From NCBI GenBank assembly GCA_030390025.1, contig JASTWF010000035.1, positions 868,001 through 932,000 of the forward strand: a stretch of DNA of 64,000 nucleotides, in the 5' to 3' direction. This document shows, one piece after another, positions 48,411 to 61,539 of this stretch. The notes under the pieces were generated by a model. The model had not been told where the DNA came from. It did not search any database and saw nothing but the letters and a program-made list of their open reading frames with translations. A program made the position numbers and the translations under genes. Position 1 is the first letter of the stretch; each line of letters opens with the position of its first letter. Origin of the DNA: Squalus acanthias. Taxonomy: Eukaryota.

Positions 48411-49230
48411 GCTCTGCCCCGCCTCAGCTCATCTGCCACTGAAACCCTCATCCATGCCTTTGCTACCTCTAAAATTGACTATTCCAACACACTCCTGGCC
48501 GGCCTCCCACCTTCCACCCTCCATAAACTTAAGCACATCCAAAACTCTGCTGCCCGTATCCTAACTCGCTCCAAGTCCCGTTTGACATGAATCTTGTCAT
48601 TCATGTATGAAATAATACTGGGCGGCCTGCTGGTGGCGCTGTCCAGGGAGAGTATAAATACTCGGGCATGGGCTCAGCTTGCTTAGGACATTCCTCAACA
48701 GGAACTAGTGAAGGACACAACTAGATCTCCATGTTGAAAAACAGTTGATTAAAGCTTTGTTTAACGCTTAGACCAAGTGCCTAGTAGTTATCTTACGTCA
48801 CCGTTCGCCCATCACCCTGTGCTCACTGACCTACATTGGCTCCCAGTTAAGCAACACCACATCCTTGTTTTCAAATCCATCCATGGCCTCGCCCCTCCCT
48901 ATCTCTGTAATCTCCTCCAGCCCCACAACCCCCAGAGATCTCTGCGCTCCTCCAATTCTGGCCTCTTGCGCATCCCCGATTTTAATAGTTCAACCATTGG
49001 CGGCTGCGCCTTCAGCTGCCGAGGCCTTAAGCTCTGGAATTGCCTCCTTAAACCTCGCTACCTCGCTTTCCTCTTTTAAAACTCTCCTTAAAACCTACCT
49101 CTTTGACCAAGCTTTTGGTCACCTGTCCTAACATCTCATGTGGCTCGCTGTCAAATTTTGTTTGATAATCGCTCCTGTGAACGTTTTACTATGTTAAAGG
49201 TGCTATATAAATGCAAGTAATTGTGTTGTT
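48411..49230 (+). mobile_element. L2-type LINE 3' fragment
   Basis: ETLIHAFATSKIDYSNTLLAGLP and LHWLPV motifs; tail gctatataaatgcaagt..ttgttg. Confidence 0.82.
48583..48800 (+). mobile_element. Solo LTR (218 bp), BEL/Gypsy-type
   Basis: TGAC..GTCA termini, 5-bp TSD CCGTT, TATAAATA and ATTAAA. Confidence 0.82.
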
Positions 49231-49459
49231 GCGGGAGGGGAGCCAGCACAGGCACCTTTAACATAGGCAGAATGGCCTCGTTCTGTGTTGTATGATTCTA
49301 GTTCAGAAAGATATGCAAAAACAAAGGAGTTAGACTATTCCAAAATAGATTGGATTAAAGATAAAGCATGTGTCAAAGTGGGAAAAGCTTTTCAGAATGG
49401 ATCCAGGACTGTTTCCTACATCAGTGTGATTCTGGTCCAACAAGGAAAGGGGCATTTTT

Positions 49460-50065
49460 TTTTAAATTTGTTTTTATGGGATCAGGACGTCGCTGGCAAT
49501 GCCAGCATTTATTGCCCATCCCTAGTTGCTCTTGAGGAGGTGGTGGTGAGCCGCCTTCTTGAACCGCTGCAGTCTGTGTGGTGAAGGTACTCCCACAGTG
49601 CTGTTAGGGGGGGAGTTCCAGGATTTTGACCCAGCGACGATGAAGGAACGGCCGATATACTTCTAAGTCAGGATGGTGTGTGACTTGGAGGGGAACTTGG
49701 AGGTGGTGGTGTTCCCATGCGCCTGCTGCCCTTGTCCTTCTAGATGGTAGAGGTCGCGGGTTTGGGAGGTGCTGGCGAAGAAGCCTTGGCGAGTTGCTGC
49801 AGTGCATCTTGTCGATGGTACACACTGCAGCCACGGTACGCCAGTGGTGGAGGGAGTGAATGTTTAAGGTGGTGGATGGGGTGCCAATCCAGCGGGCTGC
49901 TTTGTCTGGATGGTGTCGAGCTTCTTGAGTGTTGTTGGAGCTGCACTCATCCAGGCAAGTGGAGAGTATTCCATCACACTCCTGACTTGTGCCTTGTAGA
50001 TGGTGGAAAGGCTTTGGGGAGTCAGGAGGTGAGACACTCGCCGCAGAATACCCAGCCTCTGACCT
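49460..50065 (-). mobile_element. Zenon-like LINE 3' fragment within an old CR1
   Basis: Reverse complement of the 8900-9800 family. Confidence 0.85.
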
Positions 50066-51271
50066 ACTAGAGTTAATTCTGGGAAATGAAGTGCGGCAAA
50101 TAACTGAGGAGACTAGGAGAATAATTGGGAAATAGATTCAATGTAAGCACAGAGAGGGACAAAGAGTCAAAGATAAGGGAACAGGACTGGAAAAAGGCAA
50201 AGTTCAGTGAGATAAAAGGGTTCTGGTTCCAATGAACTGGGCAGAAAACTGAATAAACAGGTCGATGGATCAGCAGTGGGAAATTGAGATGGATAGAATA
50301 CAAAATAAATATATATTGATACAAGATGAAAATGGGGGGTGCATCAAAGGAATGTTCTGTGGATAAATAGATTAATACTCAACAAACTTAAAACAGAACG
50401 ATATACAATCATAGAATGGTTACAGCACAGTAGGAGGCCATTCGGCCCATTGAGCCCGTGCCGGACTCTCTGCAAGAGCACTTCAGCTAGTCCCACTCCC
50501 CCGCCCTTTCCCCGTAGCCCTGCAAATGTTTTCCCTTCAGGTACTTATCCAATTCCCTTTTGAAAGCCATGATTGAATCTGCCTCCACCACCCTTTCAGG
50601 CAGTGCATTCCAGATCCTAACCTCTCGCTGAGTAAAAAAGTATTTCCTCATGTCGCCTTTGGCTCTTTTGCCAATCACCTTAAATCTGTGTCCTCTGGTT
50701 CTTGACCCTTCCGCCAATGGGAACAGTTTCTCTCTATCTACTCTGTCCAGACCCCTCATGATTTTGAACACCTTTATCAAATCTCCTCTCAATCTTCTCT
50801 GCTCTAAGGAGAACAACCCCAGCTTCTCCAGTCTATCCACGTAACTGAAGTCCCTCATCCCTGGAACCATTCTCGTAAATCTTTTCTGCACCCTCTCTAA
50901 GGCTTTTACATCCTTCCTAAAGTGCGGTGCCCAGAATTGGACACAATACTCCAGTTGAGGCTAAACCAGTGTTTTATAAAGGTTCATCATAACTTCTACT
51001 CTTTTGGACTCTATGGGCTGGATTTTCCCATTGGAGGCGGGTACCAAACCCGCCTCCACTGTCAGGTGGGAAAAAGTTTGGATTTTCCCCTAATTGGCCA
51101 GTTACTTTCAGATGTGTGGGTTCCCCTGGGCCAATTAGTCTTTTGGGACTGAAACTTGCCTCTGCTGACGTCACTTATCCAGCTTCATTTAAGGGCTGCT
51201 TGCTGCCTTGGCTCATTCCACTGGTTTTTGGTCGATGCCGCACCACCTCCAAACTTTTATCTCCTTGAAGA

Positions 51272-51466
51272 ATGGCCAGCTCCAAGGCAAGGGCCTCCCC
51301 GAGGTTCTCAGATGAGGCGCTGGGTATCCTGGTTGAGGGGGCGAGAGCCAGCAGGGAGGTGCTCTTCCCCTCATCTGGGAGGAAGAGGCCTCCCAAAGAA
51401 ACCAAGGCTGTGTGGGTCCAAGCTGGCAAGGGATATAACCTCCAGATCTGTGTGCAGATTGAGTGA
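51272..51466 (+). pseudogene. Harbinger Myb/SANT-like DNA-binding protein, N-terminal remnant
   Basis: ARASPRFSDEALGILVEG..REVLFP..TKAVW pattern, inside the TIRs. Confidence 0.75.
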
Positions 51467-51636
51467 TTGTTTCTGTTTATTGATGAAATGCCATCCCTGT
51501 GTGAATGTATTAAAATTAGGTGATGGCAAACTGTTATTTCGGCTTAGGCAGCTCCACATTGCGGGCTCCGCGACACTTGCATGATCAGGTTGGTGGTCAG
51601 AGTGAAAGGAGGGCAGAGAGTCATGTCCATTGTCTA

Positions 51637-52897
51637 TCATGTGTTAAGAAGGAGCCAAGCACATGTGCCACAATGGCCAACCTTTGCAAATCTGGCCAGG
51701 ATTAGTGCATCCCTTGCATCATGGCCAGCAATGTGCTCGCGTGCTGCCGCTGCTGCTGGTAGATACGCCGCCGCTCGGTCCTCCTCCTCCTCATCCTCAT
51801 CCTCATCCGAGGAGGCTATGTACTGAGCCACTTGCTCATCAGGAAGCTGCAAGCCATGACGCTGTGCGACGTTGTGCAGTGCACAGCAGACCACGACCAT
51901 TCTAGAGACCCTGGCTGCTGAGTACTGCAGGGCTCCACCTGATCTGTCAAGGCATCGGAATCGCATCTTCAGCAAGCCAATGGTTTGCTCGATGATGGAC
52001 CTGGTCGAAATGTGGCTGGCGTTGTAGCGCTCTTCAGCCTCGTTAGCTGGCCTCCTGATTGGCGTCATTAGCCACTTCTTCAGGGGGTAGCCCTTGTCAC
52101 CAAGGAGTCATCCATTAAGTTGGTTTGGCGGATTGAAGAGCGGAGGAACACTAGAGTTCCGCAGGATGAACGAGTCATGGCAACTACCACAGAACTTGGC
52201 GCAAACATGCAAAATCTCCTTCTTGTGATTACACACCAGCTGTACGTTGAGGGAGTGGAAGCCCTTGCAGTTGACAAAGATAGCTGGGTTGTGATGGGAT
52301 GCCCTAAGGGCCACATGTGTGCAGTCTATGATACCCTGCACCATTGGCAAGCCTGCCATATTTGCAAAGCCAACCGAACGCGCGGTTACACTTGCTTGAT
52401 CCCTTGAGAAGTGGATGTAATTGTGCGCCTTTGCAAAAAGGGCATCGATAACCTGCGTGATGCAACTGTGGGCAGCTGACTGGGAGATGCCGCTGATGTC
52501 TGATGATCCCTGGAAGGAGCCTGAGGCAAAAAAGTTGAGTGCGGTGGTGACTTTGACAGCCACTGGTAAGAGGTGTCCACCCGTTCCTCTGGGCTCCAGG
52601 TGTTGGTGCAGCATTGCGCAGATATCTCGGACAACCTCTCGCGAAACTCTCAGCCTCCTTTGGCACTGCTGCTCAAGTCATGTTGAGGTAGCTCATCCTC
52701 TGTCTGTAAACCCTCTGTTGGGGGTATCTCCTGCGGTGACGTGCTTCCATGCGCTGGCGCCTTCTGCCCTGTGCAGCATCAGGTGGGTGAGCAGGAGGTT
52801 GACGCTCCTGCTGCTGAGCTGCCTGGTTCTGCTGCTGCTGTGAATGATCCTCATCCGAATCTGAGGTCCATGATGAAAGGAAATAAATGGTTCCCAT
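51637..52897 (-). pseudogene. Harbinger (HARBI1-like) DDE transposase, frameshifted
   Basis: [46 protein letters not shown] and [18 protein letters not shown] over several frames. Confidence 0.92.
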
Positions 52898-53894
52898 GCT
52901 GCTGGCAGATACCTCCGTTAGGGAAGCGCTCAGTCCAAGCGGTGAGAGGGTTTTCCAAGGAGGTCCCACAGTTGAGAGATAGAAGCTGCAGCACCTCTGA
53001 CTTCGGTAGGCCTGCTAAAAGTGCTGAAAGACCTGTGGAACAAAAGTTCTGCCACCTGCAACTGCTCCCTGATGAAAGCTCCGATTTAATGGTGGAGCTG
53101 CAGCTGTGAGGAGGCCACCCACTTGTCAACCCGCCGGGATTAGCTGGCGTGGTTTAGGAGGGTCGTGCAACACGCTGAAAATGTGGCAAAATAACAAAGG
53201 CCTGGCAAAATAGGATTATAGAGGCCCTTAACGACTATTTAAGGGTCTTAACTACCTCTCCCGACTGATGGAGGCGGGACCGAATCGCAGCCATCAAACC
53301 CGCCTCTGGCAAAATTGCGCGGAGACGGGTTCTGAATCCGCCCTCACTTTTTGCGATTTTGCCAACTGTCCCGCCTCCAAACGCGCCTCCTCGGGACTGG
53401 GAAAATCGCCCCCTATGCCTTTATTTATGAAGCCCAGTATGCTTTTTTAACTGCTTTCTTAACCTGCCCTGCCACCTTCATTGATTTGTGCACATATACC
53501 CCCAGGTCTCTCTGTTCATGCACCCCCTTTAGAATTGTACCCTTTAGTTTATATTGCCTCTCCTCGTTCTTCCTCCAAAATGTATCACTTCGCACTTTTC
53601 TGCGTTAAATTTCATCACCAGCCTGTCTATGTCTTCTTGACGTCTATCAGTATCCTCCTCTATCAAATGCCTTTTGGAAGTCAATATACACGTCAACCGC
53701 TTTGCCCTCATCAACCCGCACTGTTACCTCATCAAAAAACTCGATTAAGTTAGTTAAACACGATTTGCCTTTAACAAATCCGTGCTGGCTTCCCTTAATA
53801 AATCCACACTTGTCCAAGTGACTGTTAACTTTGTCCCTGATTATCTTATCGTTTCCAAAAGCTTCCCCACTACTGAGGTTAAACTGACTGGCCT

Positions 53895-56800
53895 GCTATT
53901 TAAGAAAGGAGGAAGAGAAAAAACAGGGAACTATAGGCCAGTTAGCCTGACATCAGTAGTGGGCAAAATGCTAGAATCTATTATTAGGGACATGGTAACA
54001 GGGCACTTAGAAAAGCATAATATGATTAGGCAGAGTCAACATGTTTTTATGAAAGGGAAATCGTGCTTGACAAATCTGTTAGAGTTTTTTGAAGATGTAA
54101 CTAGTAGGATGGATAAGGGGGAACCAGTGGATGTACTGTATTTGGATTTTCAAATGGCCCGGCATATCCCTCACTCTACCATTACCACCAAGCCAGGGGA
54201 CCAACCCTGGTTCAATAAGGACTGTAGAAGAGCATGCCGGGAGCAGCACCAGGCGTACCTAAAAATGAGGTGCCAACCTGGGGAAGCTGCAACACAGGAC
54301 TACATGCATGCTAAAAAGCAGAAGCAGCATGCTATAGACAGGACTAAGTGATCCCACAATCAACGGATCAGATTAAAGCTCTGCAGTCCTGCCACATCCA
54401 GTCATGAATGGTGGTGGACCATTAAACAATCTAATGGTCGGAGGAGGCTCCATGAATATTCTCATCCTCAATGATGGTGGAGCCCAGCATGTGAGTGCAA
54501 AAGACAAGGCTGAAGCGTTTGCAACCATCTTAGCCAGAAGTGCCAAGTGGATGATCCATATCGGCCTCCTCCTGAGGTCCCCACCATCACAGAAGCCAGT
54601 CTTCAGCCAATTTGATTCACTCCACGTGATATCAAGAAATGGCTGAGCGCACTGGTACAGCAAAGGCTATGGGCACCGACAACATCCCGGCTATCGTGCT
54701 GAAGACTTGTGCTCCAGAACTAGCCACACCTCTAGCCAAGCTGTTCCAGTACAGCTACAACACTGGCATCTATCCGACAATATGGAAAACTGCCCAGGTA
54801 TGTCCTGTCCACAAAAAGCAGGACAAATCCAATCCGGCCAATTACCGCCCCATCAGTCTACTCTCAATCATCAGCAAAGTGATGGAAGGTGTCATCGGCA
54901 GTGCTATCAAGCGGCACTTACTCACCAATAACCTGCTCACTGATGCCCAGTTTGGGTTCCGCCAAGACCACTCGGCTCCAGACCTCATTACAGCCTTGGT
55001 CCAAACATGGACAATGGAGCTGAATTCCAGAGGTGAGGTGAGAGTGACTGCCCTTGACATCAAGGCAGCATTTGACCGAGTGTGGCATCAAGGAGCCCTA
55101 GTAAAACTGAAGTCAATGGGAATCGGGGAAAACGCTCCACTGGCTGGAGTCATACCTAGCACAATGGAAGATGGTTGTGGTGGTTGAGGTCAATCATCTC
55201 AGCCCCAGGACATCGCTGCAGGAGTTCCTCAGGGCAGTGTCCTAGGCCCAACCATCTTCAGCTGCTTCATCAATGACCTTTCCTCCAACATAAGGTCAGA
55301 AATGGGGATGTTCGCTGATGACTGCACAGTGTTCAACGCCATTCACAACTCCTCAGATAATGAAGCAGTCCATGCCCGCATGCAACAAGATCTGGACGAC
55401 GTTCAGGCTTGGGCTGATAAGTGGCAGGTAACATTCGCGCTACAGAAGTGCCAGGTAATGACTATCTCTAAATAGCGAGAGTCTAACCACCTCCCCTTGA
55501 CATTCAGCGGCATTACCATTGCCGAATCCCCCACCATCAACATCCTGGGGGTCACCATTAACCAGAAACTTAACTGGACCAGCCACATAAATACTGTGGG
55601 AACAAGAGCAGGTCAGAGGCTGGGTATTCTGCAGCGAGTGTATCACCTCCTGACTCCCCAAAGCCTTTCCACAAGGCACAAGTAAGGAGTGTGATGGAAT
55701 ACTCTCCACTTGCCTGGATGAGTGCAGCTCCAACAACACTCAAGAAGCTCGACACCATCCAGGACAAAGCAGCCCGTTTGATTGGCACCCCATCCACCAC
55801 CTTAAACATTCACTCCCTCCACCACCGGCGTACCGTGGCTGCAGTGTGCGTACCATCTACAAGATGCACTGCAACAACTCGCCAAGACTTCTTCGGCAGC
55901 ACCTCCCAAACCCGCGACCTCTTCCACCTCCACCTAGAAGGACAAGGGCAGCAGGCGCATGGGAACACCACCACCTCCAAGTTCCCCTCCAAGTCACACA
56001 CTATCCTGACTTGGAAGTATATCGCCGATCCTTCATCGTCGCTGGGTCAAAATCCTGGAACTCCCTCCCTAACAGCACTGTGGGAGAACCTTCACCACAC
56101 GGACTGCAGCGGTTCAAGAAGGCAGCTCACCACCACCTTCTTAAAGGCAATTAGGGATGGGCAATAAATGCTGGCCTTGCCAGCGACGCCCACATCCCAT
56201 AAGCGAATTTTTAAAAAAGCATTCGATAAGGTGCCACACAAGAGGTTATTACACACAATTAGGACTCATGGTTTTGGGGTAATAGGTTTGCATGGATTGA
56301 GGATTGGTTAATGGGCAGAAAACAGAGAGTAGGAATAAACAAGACTTTTTCAGGTTGGCAGGCTGTAACTAGCTGGGTACCACAAGGATCAGTGCTTGGG
56401 CCGCAGCTACTCACAATCTATATTCATGACTTACATGAAGGGACCGAGTGCAACTTATCCAAGTTTGCTGATGATAGGTGGGAAAGTAAGCTGTGAGGAG
56501 GACACAAAGAGGCTGCAGAGAGATATAGACAGGTTGACTGAGTGGGTAAGAACATGGTAAATGGAATACAATGTGGGGAAGTGTGAAGTTATCCACTTTG
56601 GTAGGAAAAACAAAAAAACAGAATATTTTTTGAATGGTCTTGCCTTAGAAGGAGTGCAACAAAGGTTCACCAGACTGGTTCCTGGGATGAGAGGGTTGTC
56701 CTATGAGGAGAGATTGAGTAGACGAGGCCTATATTTCTTAGAGTTTAGAAGAATGAGAGGTGATCTCATTGAAACATATAAAATTCTTAAGGGGCTTGAC

Positions 56801-58370
56801 AGGGTAGATGCAGGGAGGATGTTTCCCCTGGCTGGGGAGTCTAGAACCAGGGGTCACAGTCTCAGAATAAGGGGTCGGCCATTTAGGACTGAGGTGAGGA
56901 GAAATTTCTTCACTCAAAGAGTTGTGAATCTTTGGAATTCTCTACCCCAGAAAGCTGTGGATGCTCAGTCGTTGAGTATATTCAAGACAGAGGTCGATAA
57001 ATTTTTGGGAACGAAGGGAATTAAGGGATATGGGGATAGTGCGGGAAGGTGGAGTTGAGGTAGAAGATCAGCCATGATCTTATTGAATGGCGGAGCAAGC
57101 TCTAAGGGCCAAATGGCCTACTCCAGCTCCTATTTCTTATGTTCTTTGAGGATGTATCTAGCAGGGTAGATAAGGGGGAACCAACGGATGGAATATATTT
57201 GGATTTCCAAAAGGCATTCGATAAGGTGCCACATAAAAGGTTGCTATGCAAGATAAGGGCTCATGCAGTTGGGGGTAATGTATTAGCATGGATAGCGGAT
57301 TGGTTAACAGACAGAAAGCAGAGGGTAGGGATAAACGGGTCATTTTCCGGTTGGCAGGCTGTAACTAGTGGAGTGCCGCAAGGATCAGTGCTTGGGCCTC
57401 AGCTATTTACAATCTATATTAATGACTTAGATGAAGGGACCGAGTGTAATGTATCCAAGTTTGCTGACGATACAAAGCTAGGTGGGAAAGTAAGCTGCGA
57501 GGAGAACACAAAGAGCCTGCAAAGCGATAGAGACAGGTTAAGTGAGTGGGAAATAAGGTGGCAGGATGGAGTATAATGTGGGGAAATGTGAGGTTATTCA
57601 CTTTGGTAGGAAGAATAGAAAAACAGAATATTTTTTAAATGGTGAGAAACTATTAAATGTTGGTGTTCAGAGAGATTTGGGTGTCCTCGTGCAAGAAACA
57701 CAGAATGTTAGCATGCAGGTACAGCAAGCAATTAGGAAGGCAAATAGCATGTTGGTCTTTATTGCAAGGGGGGTGGAGTACAAGAATAAGGAACTCTTAC
57801 TGCAATTGTACAGGGCTTTGGTGAGATCACACCTGGATTTTGGTCTCCTTATCTGAGGAAGGACATACTTGCCTTGGAGGCGGTGCAACGAAGGTTCACT
57901 AGATTGATCCTGGGATGAGAGGGCTGTCCTATGAGGAGAGATTGAGTAGATTGGGCCTATACTCTCTGGAGTTTAGAAGAATGAGAGGTGATTCATTGAA
58001 ACATAAGATTCTGAGGGGGATTGACAGGGTAGATGCTGAGAGATTGTTTCCCCCCTGGCTGGAGAGTCTAGAACTAGGGGGCATAGTCTCAGGATAAGGG
58101 GTGGGCCATTTAGGACTGAGATGAGGAGGAATTTCTTCACTCAGAGGGTTGTGAATCTTTGGAATTCTCTGCCCCAGAGGGCTGTGAATGCTGAGTCTTT
58201 GAGTATATTCAAGGCTGAGATAGATAGATTTTTGGACTCTCGGGGAATCAAGGGATCTGGGAATCGGGCGGGAAAATGGAGATGAGGTCGAAGATCAGCC
58301 ATGATCTTATTAAATGGCGGAGCAGGCTCGAGGGGCCGAATGGCCTTCTCCTGCTCCTAATTCTTATGAA
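53895..58370 (+). mobile_element. CR1 fragments (53895-54153 + 56218-57140; 57140-58370) with an inserted Zenon-like LINE (54154-56217)
   Basis: CR1 breaks at YLDFQ and resumes at ..gcattcgataag (AFDK). The insert has RT ORFs 54639-55187 etc. Confidence 0.87.
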
Positions 58371-58459
58371 AAAGGCATTTAATTGTGAAGGATGAAGGTA
58401 GGGTGGAGATATTAATAAAGTATTGTGCGTCAGTTTTTAAAAACTGCGGTGGAAGTGAG

Positions 58460-58980
58460 AGAGAATTACAGACTGAATCTAATCGAGGGAATGGGGCGGC
58501 TTCTATATACACACACACTGACAGATACCCGGAGAGTTACAGGCTGAATCTAACCGAAAGGATGGGGCGGTTTATAGATACACACACTGACCGATACCCG
58601 GAGAGTTACAGGCTGAATCTAACCGAAAGGATGGGGCGGTTTATAGATACACACACTGACCGATACCCGGAGAGTTACAGGCTGAATCTAACCGAAAGGA
58701 TGGGGCGGTTTATAGATACACACACTGACCGATACCCGGAGAGTTACAGGCTGAATCTAATCGAGAGGATGGGGCGGTTTATAGATACACACACTGACCG
58801 ATACCCGGAGAGTTACAGGCTGAATCTAATCGAGAGGATGGGGCGGTTTATAGATACACACACTGACCAATACCCGGAGAGTTACAGGCTGAATCTAACG
58901 GAGAGGATGGGGATGGGGCGGTTTCTTATACATACGCTAACCGATACCCGGAGAGAGTTACAGGCTGAATCTAACCAAGG
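58460..58980 (+). repeat. 69-bp minisatellite, ~7 copies
   Basis: gatacacacactgaccgatacccggagagttacaggctgaatctaa...; produces a spurious 23-aa repeat ORF. Confidence 0.93.
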
Positions 58981-59033
58981 GGGTGGGGTAGTTCAGCCAA
59001 AGCAGACACTGACCATCACGGAGTTTGTGTTAC

Positions 59034-59200
59034 CTGGCAGCGGGTGTGGATGATCTGGCCAATGGCATTACTGACCAGCCCAGAACAGCTCCTCAGATTC
59101 AGCTCCACCAGGTGTGGCACCAGGAGCAGGTGCAGGAAGGCACGGTTCAGGCGGTGAGTCTCTCCCAACAACTGCAGCACATCCTGAACCAGACTGGATG
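59034..59200 (-). CDS. LRR/F-box-LRR-like protein (resembles zebrafish si:ch211-214j8.12), coding exon 2
   Basis: cttacccgtacag|..|gtaac, 167 bp, (A)SSLVQDVLQLLGETHRLNRAFLHLLLVPHLVELNLRSCSGLVSNAIGQIIHTRCQ. In frame with the upstream exon. Confidence 0.82.
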
Positions 59201-59334
59201 CTGTACGGGTAAGAAAGAAAAATATCAGAGAAACAGATCAGGCACCTACAGGGTAGAGAGAGACAGACAATGGTTCTGGGGGTAGACGCGGGGACGGACA
59301 GGATCGCAGGGACGGACAAGGGCTCCGGGGGGGA

Positions 59335-59655
59335 CAAACCCCTCGATTAGATTCCAGCCTGTAACTCACTCCCGGATATCCGTTATTCTATATATAACCC
59401 CCCCAAACCCCTCGATTAGATTCCAGCCTGTAACTCACTCCCGGATATCCGTTATTCTCTATATAAACCCCCCCGAACCCCTCGATTAGATTCCAGCCTG
59501 TAACTCACTCCCGGATATCTGTTATTCTATATATAAACCCCCCGAACCCCCTGATTAGATTCCAGCCTGTAACTCACTCCCGGGTATCCGTTATTCTCTA
59601 TATAAACCCCCCCGAACCCCTCGATTATATTCCAGCCTGTAACTCACTCCCGATT
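59335..59655 (-). repeat. ~69-bp minisatellite, same family as 58460-58980 but inverted
   Basis: ccctcgattagattccagcctgtaactcactcccggatatc is the reverse complement of the gatacccggagagttacaggctgaatctaatcgag core. Confidence 0.9.
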
Positions 59656-59790
59656 CTTGTATATTTTTAATAGAAGTCGTTCTTTGGGCACTCTCGGTTG
59701 GGTTCTAGATTGTGAAAGGTTTAGGGACAGGGGATCGGTGGGATTGATAGAGCAGTGTGAAGAAGGTTACTGCGCTAGAGGTGCTCTTAC

Positions 59791-59941
59791 CAAGGTCATT
59801 GAACGGCCCCATGATGTACAGGAAGTGGTACTCAGTCAGGTAGTTGTCTGTGTAATCCTTGGCCCACACTTCCTTCATGTTAGCTGCCACATTACTCAGG
59901 CATAACTGCTTCAGAGTCCGCACTCTCTGCCTCCTCGGCAT
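59791..59941 (-). CDS. LRR/F-box-LRR-like protein, first coding exon
   Basis: MPRRQRVRTLKQLCLSNVAANMKEVWAKDYTDNYLTEYHFLYIMGPFNDL|gtaag. Acceptor-like ctctccccag at ~59978. Confidence 0.82.
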
Positions 59942-60301
59942 CCTCAGGGATTACACCTGTTCCAAATTCCTGGGATCCTGGGGAGAGTGATGGGGTTGGA
60001 AAGGGTGGGTGTGAGAAGGGTGGGGTACAGATGGGGGGTGGGGAGGGGAAAAACATGAACAAAATCAAGAATCACACATCAACACCTTAATCTAAAACAA
60101 AAGCAAAATACTGCGGATGCTGGAAGTCAAATAAAAACAGAAAATGCTGGAAATACTCAGCAGGTCAGGCAGCGTCTGAGGAGAGAGAAACAGAGTTAAC
60201 GTTTCAGGTCATCGGACCTGTTCATGACATCGTAATGATTAAGTTCCAATAGGCAGATTCCTTGGAAACAGAAATTCTACCATTTATACACTCAACACAC
60301 A

Positions 60302-60585
60302 CGGATCCTGATCGAGACAGTCGGGAGTGAGAGAGAGGTACTGGAATAGTGTGGCCGTCAAGCAGTAGCGCTGTTCCTGTACCCGTCTCACTCCCGACTC
60401 TGTATCCGGATCAGGATCCGCACTATTCCAGTACCTCTCTCACTCCCGACTGTCCCGATCAGGATCCGCACTATTCCAGTACCTCTCCCACTCCGGACTG
60501 TCCCGATCAGGATCCACACTATTCCAAAACCTCTCTCACTCCCGACTGTCCCAATCGGGATCCGCACTATTCCAGTTCCTCTCTC
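60302..60585. repeat. 48-bp repeat: one inverted copy plus three to four tandem copies
   Basis: cactattccagtacctctctcactcccgactgtcccgatcaggatccg, with its reverse complement at 60302-60352. Confidence 0.85.
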
Positions 60586-60849
60586 AACTGGGGATTGGCA
60601 ATATACGCAGCCTTGTCAACATTGCTCACATGCCCAGAATATATATAAGCTTGGTCCACTTCCGGCTCAAAAGATTGTGGGTTTAAACCCCACTCCAGGA
60701 CTTGAGCCCATACTCTAGAATCACACTTCATTGCAGCTGCCCTTGTCAGCATGTTTAATGACAATGTCAGAATTGGACCGGAGAGAGTGCTGCGAGTTCA
60801 GAAGGAGGTAGGTTGGAGTGAGTGAGGGGAATTTCTCCTTATTTACACT

Positions 60850-61180
60850 ATCAAAACCCTTCATGATTTTGAATACCTCTATTAAATCTGCCCTTAACAT
60901 TCTCGTCTCCAAGGAGAACAATCCCACTTCTCCAGTCTCTCCATGTAACTCAAGTCCCTCATCTGTGGTACCAGTCTAGTAAATCTCCTCTGCACACTTT
61001 CTAAGGCCTTGTCATCCTTCTTAAAGTGTGCTGCCCAGAATTGGACACAATACTCCAGCTGAGGCCTAACCAGTGATTTGTAAAGGTTTAGCATAACTTC
61101 CTTGCTTTTGTTCTCTATACCTCTCTTTATAAAGCCAAGGATCCCGTATGCCTTTTTAACAGCCTTCTCAACTTGGCCTT
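60850..61180 (-). mobile_element. CR1 fragment
   Basis: LVRPQLEYCVQFW motif. Confidence 0.85.
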
Positions 61181-61539
61181 GCATCTGGGGCGGGATCAAA
61201 CTCCCCGAGAAGGGAGCAATGAAAGGAGGTATGGCTGCTTATCAGGAAGGGGAGGAGAAAGGAAAGGAGGGCCCACAGGGGTTAAGAGAAGAGAACGAAA
61301 AAGGGAGACAGAAGCAATGTGCTCTGGTGTGGAGCGGCAGTAAATGAACTCAAGTAATTTCAAGTTACATAGGCATGGCAGAGATTAGGATAGACATGCC
61401 CTGGTTGTAAACGGAGAATAGGGAGCAGACAATAAGAGAGAGTCCAGAGTGCAAGTCTGTGCTGGGATAAAGTTGATTTGTCCATAAGGTGGATTCAGCT
61501 TATTTACAATTAGCTCCAATAGTGTCCCATTCCATCTCC

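Larger units (their letters stand above)
51015..53413. mobile_element. Decayed autonomous-type PIF/Harbinger transposon
   Basis: Imperfect TIRs GGGCTGGATTTTCCCA / TGGGAAAATCGCCCCC, TSD TAT, and convergent transposase and Myb-like genes. Confidence 0.92.
50408..53895 (-). mobile_element. CR1 split by a Harbinger transposon
   Basis: ..ggactcTAT|gcctttattt.. rejoins across the TSD. Confidence 0.85.

Noticed and set aside
51637..52897. Domesticated HARBI1 gene
   Set aside because: Frameshifted, bounded by TIRs and a TSD, and inserted in a CR1, so a transposon copy.
58385..59053. 222-aa ORF with 23-aa repeats
   Set aside because: 69-bp minisatellite, antisense to a real exon.
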